A stretch of DNA of 64,000 nucleotides, from assembly GCA_049517435.1 (NCBI GenBank), contig JBEKRZ010000001.1, positions 409-64,408 on the forward strand, given 5' to 3'. Positions 1-9,737 of the stretch are shown one piece after another (position 1 is the stretch's first letter; every line of letters starts with the position of its first letter). The notes under the pieces were generated by a model. It did no database searches. It was not told the DNA's origin and saw only the letters and a program-made list of their open reading frames with translations. Both the position numbers and the translations under genes were made by a program. This DNA comes from Smithella sp. (GTDB lineage: Bacteria > Desulfobacterota > Syntrophia > Syntrophales > Smithellaceae).

Positions 1-1
1 C

Positions 2-469
2 CCAAAGAATTTAAAAAAAATTATTGGAGACCCAGATCCGGGGACAAGGCTTTATAGAACCTGTGGTTCCGAAGAAGGTTTTTCCGATTGGTCAGATGCA
101 GTTTTTGACATTTGTTATGGTGAAGGTTGTGTTTCGCCTGGCGGGGCTGCTGGTTATGCGCGGGTATCTCGTCCCGGCATTCATAAGAAGCTTAAGTCAG
201 GAGGTTTAACTGGATTTGTATATCATGTTACTAAAGATTCATTTTTTATTAAAGGAAAGAAAAAGCTTTCTGCTAATGCAAACTTTTATTGTTTTATACC
301 TGTCAGCGAATGCAAGGCATGGGCAGAAGAATTGAATAAGAAGCGTGACAAAGCTGAATATAATAAGGAAGTAATGGGAGACGGTAATTTCGACGATAGA
401 TATTTAGACAAGCCTCCTCAGCATTTGAAGAAAAAGCTTCGTGACGAGCAAAAGAAGAAAAAGGTATAA
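2..469 (+). CDS. Partial CDS (5' end outside window): hypothetical protein of the integrated element.
   Basis: Frame 2 is open from the window edge to TAA at 467-469. It is absent from the ORF track because it has no in-window start. The translation reads ...CGSEEGFSDWSDAVFDICYGEGC...KKLRDEQKKKKV, and I recognise no family. Confidence 0.45.
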   Translation, partial: PKNLKKIIGDPDPGTRLYRTCGSEEGFSDWSDAVFDICYGEGCVSPGGAAGYARVSRPGIHKKLKSGGLTGFVYHVTKDSFFIKGKKKLSANANFYCFIPVSECKAWAEELNKKRDKAEYNKEVMGDGNFDDRYLDKPPQHLKKKLRDEQKKKKV

Positions 470-480
470 AAATTTTAGCA

Positions 481-774
481 ATGACTTTTTTAGATAAATA
501 TCCTGACCTTTTAACGGTAGACCAGATAGCAGAGATTTTAAAAGTTAAAGTTAATATGGTTTACAGATTGTGCGGTCTTGTCAAAATCAGGATTGGAAAG
601 GGCAGGGGGCTAATCCGTTACAGAAAAATTGACTTGATAAATTACATCAAGTCGAGAGAGGAGGAGGTTAATTTCGATGCAAATAAGAAAAAGGAAAGAT
701 ACCGGAAAGTGGGGCTATCAGATATGCTTTCACTCAAACAGGTACAGGCTCTCCGGCTGGAACACCAGAGATGA
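481..774 (+). CDS. Excisionase / helix-turn-helix DNA-binding protein (Xis-like).
   Basis: The N-terminal LTVDQIAEILKVKVNMVYRL... matches the excisionase-family HTH pattern. It lies immediately upstream of, and overlaps, the integrase. The 3' tail may be shorter than the ORF. Confidence 0.55.
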   Translation: MTFLDKYPDLLTVDQIAEILKVKVNMVYRLCGLVKIRIGKGRGLIRYRKIDLINYIKSREEEVNFDANKKKERYRKVGLSDMLSLKQVQALRLEHQR

Positions 775-1843
775 AGCACAAAAGGCAGCGGAAGATCATT
801 TGGGTAAACTAAGAAGGGATGCCTCATTGGCTGCTTCCGGTTCTAATATGGCCTGTGTTGACGCAGTGAATGGTTTCTTGGCTTACTCGGCTAGAATAGG
901 TAAATCAGAAAACAGATTGCGCGGTCTATATTCAAATTTTCATAGTTTTGTCTTACCTTTCTTTACAGCAGGAAAGCGGCTTAAAGATATTACTCATAAT
1001 GACATTGAATCTTTTATTGATGCTCAATTAAAGAGAGATATATCAAAGAATACTATCACTCATTACGTGACCGATCTTAATGCATTGTTGAACTGGGCTG
1101 TGAAAGAAGAGATCATAGACATAAATCCTATGAGGAAAGTTTCCAGAAAAAGAATCAAGCCGGAAAAGATCATAAAAAAGGGTTTTACTCCTGAAGAAAT
1201 AAAAAGAGCTGAATCGGCATTGGAGAAAGAAGAACTTCTATTCTTCAGATTTTTACTTTTTACTGGCGAAAGGTTAACTGAGGCTCTTTCAAGCAAATGG
1301 AGTGACATAGATTATAATAACAGGGAAATTATAATCAGGGGCACAAAGACTGAAGGTTCTTTAAGACAGCTGGAGATGGGTAAAGGACTTTATATGACTT
1401 TAAAAGGGCTGGAAGCTTATAAGACTGAATCGCCTTATATATTCCATCACGGTAACGGTGATCGAATATTGAGACGGGATAAAATGTTTAAAAAGATAAA
1501 AATGAAAACAGGGATTAAGATCACTTCAAAAGACTTGAGGGATGTTTTTGCCTCAATGATAGCGATGGGTAGTGAAAATAATAGGCCGGATGTTCAGGTC
1601 GTCAGTGAACTTCTTGGACATACGAATTTGATAACCACTAAAAAATATCTTTATTCACAGAAGGAAAAAAGAATGAAGGCTATAAGCGTATTAGATGACA
1701 TTTTTGTAACAGAAAATGGCACGGAAAGTGGCACGGACGCAAAAAAGAAGGACTCAGAAAAACTTCTAAGTCCCTGTAATTATTATGGTGGCGGTGCAGG
1801 GAATCGGACCCCGGACACTACGGATATGAGCCGTATGCTCTAA
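677..1843 (+). CDS. Tyrosine recombinase / phage-type integrase.
   Basis: It has an N-terminal AP2/arm-type-like segment (GKWGYQI...GWNTRDEAQKA), a core-binding region, and a C-terminal LLGHTNLITTKKYLY motif with the catalytic Tyr. The ORF runs into the tRNA-Met gene. Confidence 0.85.
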   Translation: MQIRKRKDTGKWGYQICFHSNRYRLSGWNTRDEAQKAAEDHLGKLRRDASLAASGSNMACVDAVNGFLAYSARIGKSENRLRGLYSNFHSFVLPFFTAGKRLKDITHNDIESFIDAQLKRDISKNTITHYVTDLNALLNWAVKEEIIDINPMRKVSRKRIKPEKIIKKGFTPEEIKRAESALEKEELLFFRFLLFTGERLTEALSSKWSDIDYNNREIIIRGTKTEGSLRQLEMGKGLYMTLKGLEAYKTESPYIFHHGNGDRILRRDKMFKKIKMKTGIKITSKDLRDVFASMIAMGSENNRPDVQVVSELLGHTNLITTKKYLYSQKEKRMKAISVLDDIFVTENGTESGTDAKKKDSEKLLSPCNYYGGGAGNRTPDTTDMSRML

Positions 1844-1862
1844 CCATCTGAGCTACACCGCC
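1786..1862 (-). tRNA. tRNA-Met (anticodon CAT; could be Ile2 if lysidine-modified).
   Basis: The reverse complement folds as a cloverleaf: acceptor GGCGGTG/CACCGCC, anticodon loop CTCATAT, encoded CCA. The T-loop reads TCCGATT, which is unusual (C where U55 is expected). Confidence 0.8.
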
Positions 1863-1946
1863 TTTGTGGTAATAAAAATTATCTCAACTTAATGAGCTTT
1901 TTATTCGTGCGACGCTATATCTAAGTGCGCAAATTTTGTCAATAAC

Positions 1947-3659
1947 TTATTGAGGAGTGTCCAACTTATAAACAACGATCACACTCCTACCACGCAGAGA
2001 AACACCGACAGATTGAACCAATGCCAGCACAATTTCCGGTTTGCCGTCATTGTCTATGTCTTTAATACAATAATCGGCTACATAGCCATTGATTTTTTTT
2101 GTTCGCCAATTTTCCGCCATTCCCATGCCATCCCATTCTAGATTATATATTTCACTGGAAGTAAAAACTTGTAGATGTTTAAAAATGCGGCCTACAGAAG
2201 ATAGGTTTTTAACGATAATAATTTCTTTTTTACCGTCTTTATTTGTATCATAAGTAAGGATGCGTAAATTGACATAAGCGCTTTTTTCCTTATCGTCATT
2301 GGCGTTTCTCTTATCAATGTTTTCGATGTAGTTATTGCTACCACCATATACATCATCACTTCTCCAGATAAGTTTATCACTGGCAAAACCAAAAGAAGAA
2401 AGTCGGCCCAAAGGTGTATTTGTTTTATTAAGAATGTATAAATAGTCCAGATCATCCAAAGCAAATATTTTTTCTCCTCCGCCGATGCCTAAATCATCAA
2501 TTGTTAGACCATAGATAGATAAGCCTAAAGGTATTTTCATTTTTTGATCGGAAACATACTTGCCATCCTTCCAGACCATTTCGTAAATTTGCGTGTTAAA
2601 AGGTTTATATGAACCGTAATCCTGTCCTAATAACAAAGGAATGCCGGATGAAGTATCGATTACACGTAAAAACCAACGGATATCCGATGCAATTTTGACA
2701 TATTTGCCATCTTTGAATTCCAATACAAAGGAATCAAGCAATGTATCATTAAGAGAAGTGACAAATATTTGCTTTTTGCCATCTTTGTTAATGTCAGCAA
2801 CATCTATCGCGATATAGTTATCGTAAGATTTTCCGGCGATTTTATCCAATAATTTTAGTTCATTACCTGCTTTCTGATATATGTAAACATTATTTTTGTC
2901 GATTGCTACCACTTCGTTTAAACCGTCATTGTTTACGTCTCCTATATCCATACCCTTAAATTCCGTGGGAATTGTTTGGCTCATCCAAAAATCTTTGCGA
3001 TTAATAAGAGGTTCGGGAGCGTTGATTAATTCAGAATTAATTACAGATGTTAATGTTCCCTTGTTACCACCGGTTTTCATTTTCGCAATTATTTGAGATT
3101 CGCGGGACAACCCCGAAGGTACTTGGGGGGTAGTGGCGGGGATGGGTGCAGGTGCGGCAACAAGCGGTGCAGTTGATGGAGGTGCTGTGCCGAGAATATG
3201 TTGAACAATACTTTGGGAAAAATCATTAATTTTAGGAATTACGTCATCAAGAGTTTGCGACTGAGTAGAAATACCGATGTCAGGTTTGGCTTTGGCAATA
3301 TCGACCAGCTTTCCGTCAATGCTGATACTGTTGCCAATTTTGGTAATGCTTCCCCAAACCACATAATCAGAATCTAATTTTTTGCCGAGATTATACACAT
3401 CAGCCGTAGTTATCCCTCTTATTTTAGATTTTTTAATCTCTTCCATGACAACGTTTTTATTGGTGACGTTGATTTTATCAGGAACGGAAATACGTGAGGA
3501 GAGCATTTCTTCTATCCCTTGTTTGATATAATCGATATTTTCTGAGCTATATAGTGTAAAAGGCAAAACGGTTACCGTGTATTTATCCTTCGCCCAAATT
3601 GAACCGGTAGCCAACAGAAAAATAACCAAACAAAATATATATTGAAAAGTTTTTCGCAT
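1947..3659 (-). CDS. Secreted FG-GAP/VCBS-repeat protein with an N-terminal signal peptide.
   Basis: It has a signal-like N-terminus (FCLVIFLLATGSIWA) and repeated DxNxDGxxE motifs (DVNNDGLNEVV, DINKDGKKQIF, DTNKDGKKEII, DIDNDGKPEIV). Confidence 0.6.
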   Translation of the reverse strand: MRKTFQYIFCLVIFLLATGSIWAKDKYTVTVLPFTLYSSENIDYIKQGIEEMLSSRISVPDKINVTNKNVVMEEIKKSKIRGITTADVYNLGKKLDSDYVVWGSITKIGNSISIDGKLVDIAKAKPDIGISTQSQTLDDVIPKINDFSQSIVQHILGTAPPSTAPLVAAPAPIPATTPQVPSGLSRESQIIAKMKTGGNKGTLTSVINSELINAPEPLINRKDFWMSQTIPTEFKGMDIGDVNNDGLNEVVAIDKNNVYIYQKAGNELKLLDKIAGKSYDNYIAIDVADINKDGKKQIFVTSLNDTLLDSFVLEFKDGKYVKIASDIRWFLRVIDTSSGIPLLLGQDYGSYKPFNTQIYEMVWKDGKYVSDQKMKIPLGLSIYGLTIDDLGIGGGEKIFALDDLDYLYILNKTNTPLGRLSSFGFASDKLIWRSDDVYGGSNNYIENIDKRNANDDKEKSAYVNLRILTYDTNKDGKKEIIIVKNLSSVGRIFKHLQVFTSSEIYNLEWDGMGMAENWRTKKINGYVADYCIKDIDNDGKPEIVLALVQSVGVSLRGRSVIVVYKLDTPQ

Positions 3660-3788
3660 ATTTATCTCCTTTTTTAATGCTGTAAATATTTATAGTGGGC
3701 GTTTCTAACATTTAAAAAGTGATAATTCAAGAATGATTTGAGAAGATAAAATCAATTGGTCAAGTTATTGATATTATAAGATTATTAG

Positions 3789-4448
3789 TTATACTTTTAG
3801 TGGGATGACGTAAAACATAACGGCGCAGAAATGACAAACGCTGCCGGTAAGGACAAATAAATGCCAAATTGCGTGATTAAATGGAAGTTTCTCCCATGCG
3901 TAGAAGATAGTTCCCAGTGTATAGGCCAGTCCACCACAGACAAGCCAGGTAAGACCATCCCCGGGTAATGTTTGAAAAAGAGGTTTAATGGCAAATATAA
4001 CCAACCAGCCCATTAAAATATAGGCAATAGTCGAGATAATCTTAAAGTGATGAACGAAAAAGATTTTGAATAAAACCCCGATTAAAGTTAGGGACCAAAC
4101 CAAAGCAAACATGCTCCAGCCCATAACCCCCCGTATAGTTACCAGAAGGAAAGGAGTATAAGTTCCGGCAATCAAAACATAAATGCAGGAATGATCCAAT
4201 ATCTTGAATACATGTTTTAAATTCGGTTTTTGAAAACTATGATAAAGAGTTGAAGCTGTGTAAAGTAAGACAAGCGTAAATCCGAAAATTGTACAACTTA
4301 TAATGTGATTTAAATTCCCATACATTATGGAGAAAACTATCAGTAGAACCAATCCGGCAATGCTGATTAAGGCTCCAATCCCATGAGTTATGCTATTGAA
4401 TATTTCTTCTAAAAAACTGTATTTTTCTATGGGTTGTGATTCAGACAT
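3789..4448 (-). CDS. Hemolysin III / PAQR family membrane protein.
   Basis: It has 7 predicted TM segments. The N-terminal EEIFNSITHGIGA and the conserved His-containing motifs (YHSF, DHSCIY, HLFV) are typical of the family. Confidence 0.8.
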   Translation of the reverse strand: MSESQPIEKYSFLEEIFNSITHGIGALISIAGLVLLIVFSIMYGNLNHIISCTIFGFTLVLLYTASTLYHSFQKPNLKHVFKILDHSCIYVLIAGTYTPFLLVTIRGVMGWSMFALVWSLTLIGVLFKIFFVHHFKIISTIAYILMGWLVIFAIKPLFQTLPGDGLTWLVCGGLAYTLGTIFYAWEKLPFNHAIWHLFVLTGSVCHFCAVMFYVIPLKV

Positions 4449-4534
4449 AAAATTTACTTCCTCAATTCTGTAAAATTATTAGGCCTTAGATTATAATTTG
4501 TCAATCTCTAATAAAAGTAATTCTGTATTAATTC

Positions 4535-4563
4535 TTGACTGATTGATAGAAATCGTAATAATA
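4535..4563 (+). promoter_or_regulatory. Candidate sigma70-type promoter for purB.
   Basis: TTGACT (4535-4540), then a 17-nt spacer, then ATAATA. It lies about 70 nt upstream of the purB GTG start. Confidence 0.35.
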
Positions 4564-4629
4564 TTAAGTTCCACAAGACGGTAAAAAGATGCCTATCATA
4601 TACAGATAAAATAATTAGAGGAGAAAAAC

Positions 4630-5931
4630 GTGATACCTAGATATTCCCGCGAGATAATGACAAAGATTTGGAGCCCGGAGAACAGATATCAAAAATGGCT
4701 GGATGTGGAAATATTAGCTTGTGAGGCAATGGCCAAGCTGGGCAAAATACCCAAAAGCGCGCTGAAGAATATTAAAGAAAATGTTTCTATTAAAGTCGAG
4801 CGTATTGATGAGATCGAAAAGACTACAAAGCATGACGTAATTTCTTTTTTAACTTCCCTGACGGAAAAAGTAGGTGAGGACGGACGTTTTATTCATATGG
4901 GTTTGACTTCTTCAGACGTGCTGGATACCGCACTCGCAGTTCAATTGAAAGAAGCGGCTGAAATCTTACTGGAAGACATTGATCGATTATTGACAGTTTT
5001 AAAGAGGAGGGCCTTCGAAAATAAGAATACTTTAATGATCGGCAGGTCCCATGGAATTCATGCGGAACCGATTACATTCGGATTGAAGATGGCATTGTGG
5101 TATCAGGAAATGCAGCGCAATTTTCGGCGTCTCGTTCAGGCCAAAGAATCTGTAAGCTTCGGTAAAATATCCGGCGCTGTTGGTACTTTTTCGTTTGTTG
5201 ATCCTTTTGTGGAGGAATATGTTTGCGGTAAGCTCGGTCTAAAGCCTGCGCCTGTGTCTTCCCAAATCATTCAGCGAGACCGTCACGCGGAATTCTTTAC
5301 AACACTCGCGATTATTGCCTCTTCGCTGGATAAATTCGCGCAGGAGATAAGACTTCTACAAAGAACGGAAGTAAGAGAAGCTGAAGAATATTTTTCTCCC
5401 GGACAGAAAGGTTCTTCAGCAATGCCACATAAACGCAATCCAATTCTTTCGGAGAATCTGTCCGGCTTAGCCAGATTGCTGCGCTCCTACGCGGTAGCTT
5501 CTCTCGAAGATATCGCTCTCTGGCATGAAAGGGATATAAGCCATTCTTCCGTGGAAAGAGTCATCGGACCGGATGCCACAATCGCTCTTGATTTTATGTT
5601 GTACAGGTTTACCAATATGATGGATAAACTGGTAATCTATCCGGAAAAAATGATTTATAATCTGAACATGACCCACGGTGTTATTTTTTCACAAATGGTT
5701 TTGTTAGCGCTCATTGAAAAAGGCACAACCAGAGAAGACGCATATGCCATCGTGCAGAATAACGCGATGAAATCCTGGCAGGAAGGTTTGGAATTCAGAG
5801 ATTTGCTGGAAAATGATTCCACCGTAACTAAGTATCTGAAGAAGAAAGAATTGGCGGCAATTTTTAATGTGAAAAATTTTCTGAAGAATTTGGATTTTAT
5901 TTTCAATCGTGTATTCAAAGACAAAGAATAA
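4630..5931 (+). CDS. purB: Adenylosuccinate lyase.
   Basis: The protein has a full-length fumarate-lyase fold. It carries the SSAMPHKRNP signature and an N-terminal RYSREIMTKIWSPENRYQKWLDVE. Confidence 0.95.
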   Translation: MIPRYSREIMTKIWSPENRYQKWLDVEILACEAMAKLGKIPKSALKNIKENVSIKVERIDEIEKTTKHDVISFLTSLTEKVGEDGRFIHMGLTSSDVLDTALAVQLKEAAEILLEDIDRLLTVLKRRAFENKNTLMIGRSHGIHAEPITFGLKMALWYQEMQRNFRRLVQAKESVSFGKISGAVGTFSFVDPFVEEYVCGKLGLKPAPVSSQIIQRDRHAEFFTTLAIIASSLDKFAQEIRLLQRTEVREAEEYFSPGQKGSSAMPHKRNPILSENLSGLARLLRSYAVASLEDIALWHERDISHSSVERVIGPDATIALDFMLYRFTNMMDKLVIYPEKMIYNLNMTHGVIFSQMVLLALIEKGTTREDAYAIVQNNAMKSWQEGLEFRDLLENDSTVTKYLKKKELAAIFNVKNFLKNLDFIFNRVFKDKE

Positions 5932-5940
5932 ATTCTATAA

Positions 5941-6081
5941 ATTTATTGTTGAAACTCCAATTCCGAAAGCGTAGCGCAGCGGAATTGGTAAGTTGAACAA
6001 TCACGCGCAGCGGTGGGTTTAATACTCAACAGCTTGCTGCGGTATCTGTTTCCGAAGCTTGCTTTGGGGTTCATACCGGTG
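5941..6081 (-). repeat. Modular hairpin repeat (BIME/REP-like family), copy 1. It overlaps the nadB stop codon.
   Basis: It runs from TTTATTGTTGAAACTCC to GGGGTTCATACCGGTGA. It contains the hairpin CCAATTCCG-(AAAGCGTAGCGCAG)-CGGAATTGG. It is homologous to the copies at 24534, 53101 and 62359. Confidence 0.85.
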
Positions 6082-7672
6082 ACTCTTTGACAATAATAGT
6101 GTCTTTTTTAAATTCATCGCATGTGTCGGGATAATCAATATTATAGTGTAGACCACGGCTTTCTTTTCTCAGAGAAGCGCTCCGGACAATTAATCGAGCT
6201 ACTGTTGTAATATTGCGCAGTTCAATAAGATCTTTTGTGACTTTGAAGTTCCAGTAATATTCATCAATCTCTCTCTGGATAAGTTCAATTCTGCGGGTCG
6301 CTCTTGCCAATCTTTTGTTCGAACGGACAATTCCGACGTAATTCCACATGCATCTTCTTATTTCATCCCAGTTATGTGTGACAACCACGCTGTCATCGCT
6401 TTCCGTTGTTCCGCTGGAATCCCACGGAGCAATGGAGGCTTCATTGTATTTTATTTTATTAAAGTCGCGGGAAATTTCCATATAGACACGATGCGAATAG
6501 ACAACAGCTTCCAGTAAAGAGTTGCTGGCCAGACGGTTTGCTCCATGCAATCCGGTGCACGATACTTCACCGCAGGCAAAAAGATTGGCAAGGGATGTCT
6601 TGCCGTAATGATCGACCAAAACTCCGCCACAAATGTAATGAGCAGCCGGTGCGATAGGAATGGGTTGTGAGGTAATGTCGATACCGTATTCCAGGCATTT
6701 ATTATAAATATTGGGAAAGCGTTTGATCAGAAAATCGCGGTCGCGGTGTGTGATATCCAGCAGAACATATTCATCTCCGGATTGTTTAATTTCCGTATCG
6801 ATTGCTTTGGCGACAATATCCCGGGGTGCAAGACTTTTCATGTGATGATATTTGTCCATAAAAGTTGATCCGTCTTTTAATTTGAGAATTCCTCCTTCAC
6901 CGCGCACGGCTTCGCTGATAAGAAAAGCTTTGGCGGCAGGATGATAAAGACAGGTGGGATGAAACTGGATGAATTCCATATTCGAAATTTGTGCGCCTGC
7001 GCGATATGCCATGGCCAGGCCGTCTCCTGTCGCAATATCAGGATTTGTTGTAATGAGATAAACCTTTCCCGCTCCACCGGTGCATAAAATTGTATATTTC
7101 GCGATGTAAGTATGAATTTCACTTTTATCTATATCCAGAACGTAAGCTCCTCGGCAATACCCGAGTTTATCGAGAGCTTCTCTTTCTATGATCAGATCAA
7201 TGCCGATGTGATTTTCGTAAATTGTAACATTTTCCAGATGAGATACTTTTTCATTCAGCGCCCGCTCAATTTCCTGACCGGTGAAGTCTTTAGCGTGTAA
7301 AACCCGCCGGCGATTGTGGCCTCCTTCACGGCCAAGATCGTAAAGATTGGGTTGTGTTTCCGATTTTGTAAAATTTACGCCCCATTCTATTAGTTCTTGA
7401 ATTCTGGGGGGGGCTTCTTTGACGATGAATTCGACCACATCTTTCTTACAAAGACCGGCGCCGCAAATCAAGGTATCCTGAATATGTTCTTCAAAGCTGT
7501 CTGTTTGATCGGTAACAGCGGCTATTCCGCCTTGAGCGTAATTTGTATTTGATTCGGTTTTTTCTTTTTTGGTTACGATAGCGACACTGCCGAGAGTCGA
7601 AACTTTAATTGCCAGACTTAATCCCGCAATGCCGCTGCCCAAAATTAAAAAATCTGTCTTAAATTCCATCAC
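6071..7672 (-). CDS. nadB: L-aspartate oxidase.
   Basis: It has an FAD-binding N-terminus (DFLILGSGIAGLSLA) and the succinate DH/fumarate reductase flavoprotein fold, at a length typical of NadB. GTG start. Confidence 0.92.
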   Translation of the reverse strand: MMEFKTDFLILGSGIAGLSLAIKVSTLGSVAIVTKKEKTESNTNYAQGGIAAVTDQTDSFEEHIQDTLICGAGLCKKDVVEFIVKEAPPRIQELIEWGVNFTKSETQPNLYDLGREGGHNRRRVLHAKDFTGQEIERALNEKVSHLENVTIYENHIGIDLIIEREALDKLGYCRGAYVLDIDKSEIHTYIAKYTILCTGGAGKVYLITTNPDIATGDGLAMAYRAGAQISNMEFIQFHPTCLYHPAAKAFLISEAVRGEGGILKLKDGSTFMDKYHHMKSLAPRDIVAKAIDTEIKQSGDEYVLLDITHRDRDFLIKRFPNIYNKCLEYGIDITSQPIPIAPAAHYICGGVLVDHYGKTSLANLFACGEVSCTGLHGANRLASNSLLEAVVYSHRVYMEISRDFNKIKYNEASIAPWDSSGTTESDDSVVVTHNWDEIRRCMWNYVGIVRSNKRLARATRRIELIQREIDEYYWNFKVTKDLIELRNITTVARLIVRSASLRKESRGLHYNIDYPDTCDEFKKDTIIVKESPV

Positions 7673-7760
7673 GTTTTCCCGTCAAATTAAGCTGATAAAA
7701 GTTTGTTTACAAATCGTCATTGCTTTTATATAGAGATTTATAATTTTTAGCAAAGAGAAA

Positions 7761-8774
7761 ATGAAAGCAGGATTTATAATGCTAGTTCTTGGAATTGAAT
7801 CATCATGTGATGAAACAGCAGCAGCAGTAATCAGCAATGGAAAGATGTGTTCTAATGTTATTGCTTCGCAAATAGCGGTTCATTCTCCATATGGCGGAGT
7901 TGTGCCCGAAATTGCCTCGCGCAAACATATTGAGGCGATCAATCCGGTATTGAAGCAGGCATTAAATGACGCCAATGTGACACTCCGGGAAATAGAAGGT
8001 ATTGCTGTAACTCGCGGTCCCGGTTTGATCGGATCTCTTTTAATCGGTTTATCAACGGCCAAGGCTCTTGCTTATGCTTTAGATATTCCTTTCGTGGGTG
8101 TCAATCATATAGAAGGGCATATAGCCGCGGCATTTCTTGCTGAAAAAGCACCGTCATTTCCTTTTATAGCTTTAGTTGTTTCCGGTGGCCATACAAATAT
8201 TTACCTGGTAAAGGATTATCACAATTTTCTATTGCTTGGTCAGACGCGCGATGATGCCGCCGGAGAAGCATTTGATAAAGGGGCCAAACTTCTTAATCTT
8301 GGTTATCCTGGTGGTGTCGTGATTGATAAAATGTCAAAAAATGGCAATCCGCAGGCATTAGTTTTTCCTCGGGCAATGAAGGATTCACCTGATTTCAGCT
8401 TCAGCGGTTTGAAAACGTCTTTGCTGATAATGTTGAAAAAACGCGGTTGCAATTTTGCGGAAAGTCAACTGCCTGATGTAGCGGCCAGCTATCAGGAAGC
8501 GATAGTAGACGTGCTGGTAGAAAAAACAATTAAAGTAACAGAAGATAATGGCATTAATAGGATAGTCGTCTGCGGCGGAGTAGCGGCCAATGGCAGGTTG
8601 CGTGAGAGGTTTACAGAGGCGACAACAACTCGCAATATGGAATTATTTATTCCCCCGGTTATATTATGTACGGATAATGCGGCAATGATTGCGGCAATTG
8701 GCGAAATTATGCTGAAAAACGGCCGAAGAGATTCGCTGGATTTAAATGCTGTGTCCCGCTGGCCTATAGCGTAG
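7761..8774 (+). CDS. tsaD: tRNA N6-adenosine threonylcarbamoyltransferase.
   Basis: It has LGIESSCDETAAAV, HIEGH and a Kae1/Gcp fold. The likely true start is the ATG at 7779 (MLVLGIESS). Confidence 0.93.
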   Translation: MKAGFIMLVLGIESSCDETAAAVISNGKMCSNVIASQIAVHSPYGGVVPEIASRKHIEAINPVLKQALNDANVTLREIEGIAVTRGPGLIGSLLIGLSTAKALAYALDIPFVGVNHIEGHIAAAFLAEKAPSFPFIALVVSGGHTNIYLVKDYHNFLLLGQTRDDAAGEAFDKGAKLLNLGYPGGVVIDKMSKNGNPQALVFPRAMKDSPDFSFSGLKTSLLIMLKKRGCNFAESQLPDVAASYQEAIVDVLVEKTIKVTEDNGINRIVVCGGVAANGRLRERFTEATTTRNMELFIPPVILCTDNAAMIAAIGEIMLKNGRRDSLDLNAVSRWPIA

Positions 8775-8811
8775 ACTTAATCTTAATCTTTTCTACACGA
8801 GAGAGATAATC

Positions 8812-9657
8812 ATGAATTCACCTAAGGAAATAATCCGTCACTACGCTATTAAACCACGCAAAAGTCTGGGACAATCATTCTTGATGGAGCAAAGCGTCAT
8901 CAGAAAAATTTCCGCAATAGCGCAGGTTACAAAAAATGATATTGTTGTGGAAATTGGAGCGGGAATTGGTATCTTGACGGAAGAGTTAGCACAGAATGCC
9001 GCAAAGCTTATTGCCGTTGAACTGGATGATAAATTAGTTGAAGTATTGAAAGATAAGTTATTGAAATATAATAATGTGCAAATATATTCCGGTGATATTT
9101 TGAAGTTTGATTTCGAAGCCATTTATAGGGGCGGGCAGCAGAAAATTAAAGTTATCGGCAATGTTCCATATAATATTTCCTCTCCGATATTATTTCATTT
9201 ATTGTCTTTCCGGAAAGTTATAGATTCCTTTGTCTTTATGCTGCAAAAAGAAGTAATTCAGCGACTGGTAGCATCCCCTGGGGGTAAGGATTATGGAGTG
9301 CCTTCCGTGATTTTACAAATGTTTGCTACAGTAGAAAAAGTTTTAGATGTTCCAGGCGGTTGTTTTTATCCCCCTCCCAAAGTAGAATCGTCAGTAATGA
9401 GAGGATTTTTTCGGGAAAGGCCTTTAGTGGAACTCGCTGATGAAGAGTTTTTTATAAGATTAGTTAGAGATTCTTTTGCGCAACGCCGGAAAATGCTGAT
9501 TAACAATTTAAAAAAATCGAAATTGCTGGAAGGAGTTTCAGGATCGTTTTTAAATGAAGTGCTAAGAATGGCCGGAATTGATGGCACACGGAGAAGTGAG
9601 ACACTCTCCATCGAAGAATTTGGATATCTAAGCAATCTTCTGAAAGGGAAGCAATAA
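8812..9657 (+). CDS. rsmA: 16S rRNA (adenine1518/1519-N6)-dimethyltransferase.
   Basis: It has SLGQSFL, a SAM-binding VEIGAGIGILT, and NVPYNISSPI. Confidence 0.92.
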   Translation: MNSPKEIIRHYAIKPRKSLGQSFLMEQSVIRKISAIAQVTKNDIVVEIGAGIGILTEELAQNAAKLIAVELDDKLVEVLKDKLLKYNNVQIYSGDILKFDFEAIYRGGQQKIKVIGNVPYNISSPILFHLLSFRKVIDSFVFMLQKEVIQRLVASPGGKDYGVPSVILQMFATVEKVLDVPGGCFYPPPKVESSVMRGFFRERPLVELADEEFFIRLVRDSFAQRRKMLINNLKKSKLLEGVSGSFLNEVLRMAGIDGTRRSETLSIEEFGYLSNLLKGKQ

Positions 9658-9737
9658 GGGAAACAAGATTTAAATGAGTATATAATGAAATTAATATCAT
9701 TCTTTCTTATCAGGCAACAAATTCAGTTACTGTTAAA

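Larger units (their letters stand above)
1..1862. mobile_element. Right end of an integrated element inserted at the 3' end of tRNA-Met (cargo ORF, xis, int, tRNA junction). The left boundary lies outside the window.
   Basis: An excisionase-like HTH gene and a tyrosine integrase are transcribed toward, and overlap, the 3' end of a minus-strand tRNA-Met. This is the classical tRNA-targeting island architecture. Confidence 0.7.

Noticed and set aside
24-209. 61-aa track ORF at the window start.
   Set aside because: It lies out of frame inside the longer edge-truncated reading frame (2-469), which is open across the whole region and is the better coding candidate.
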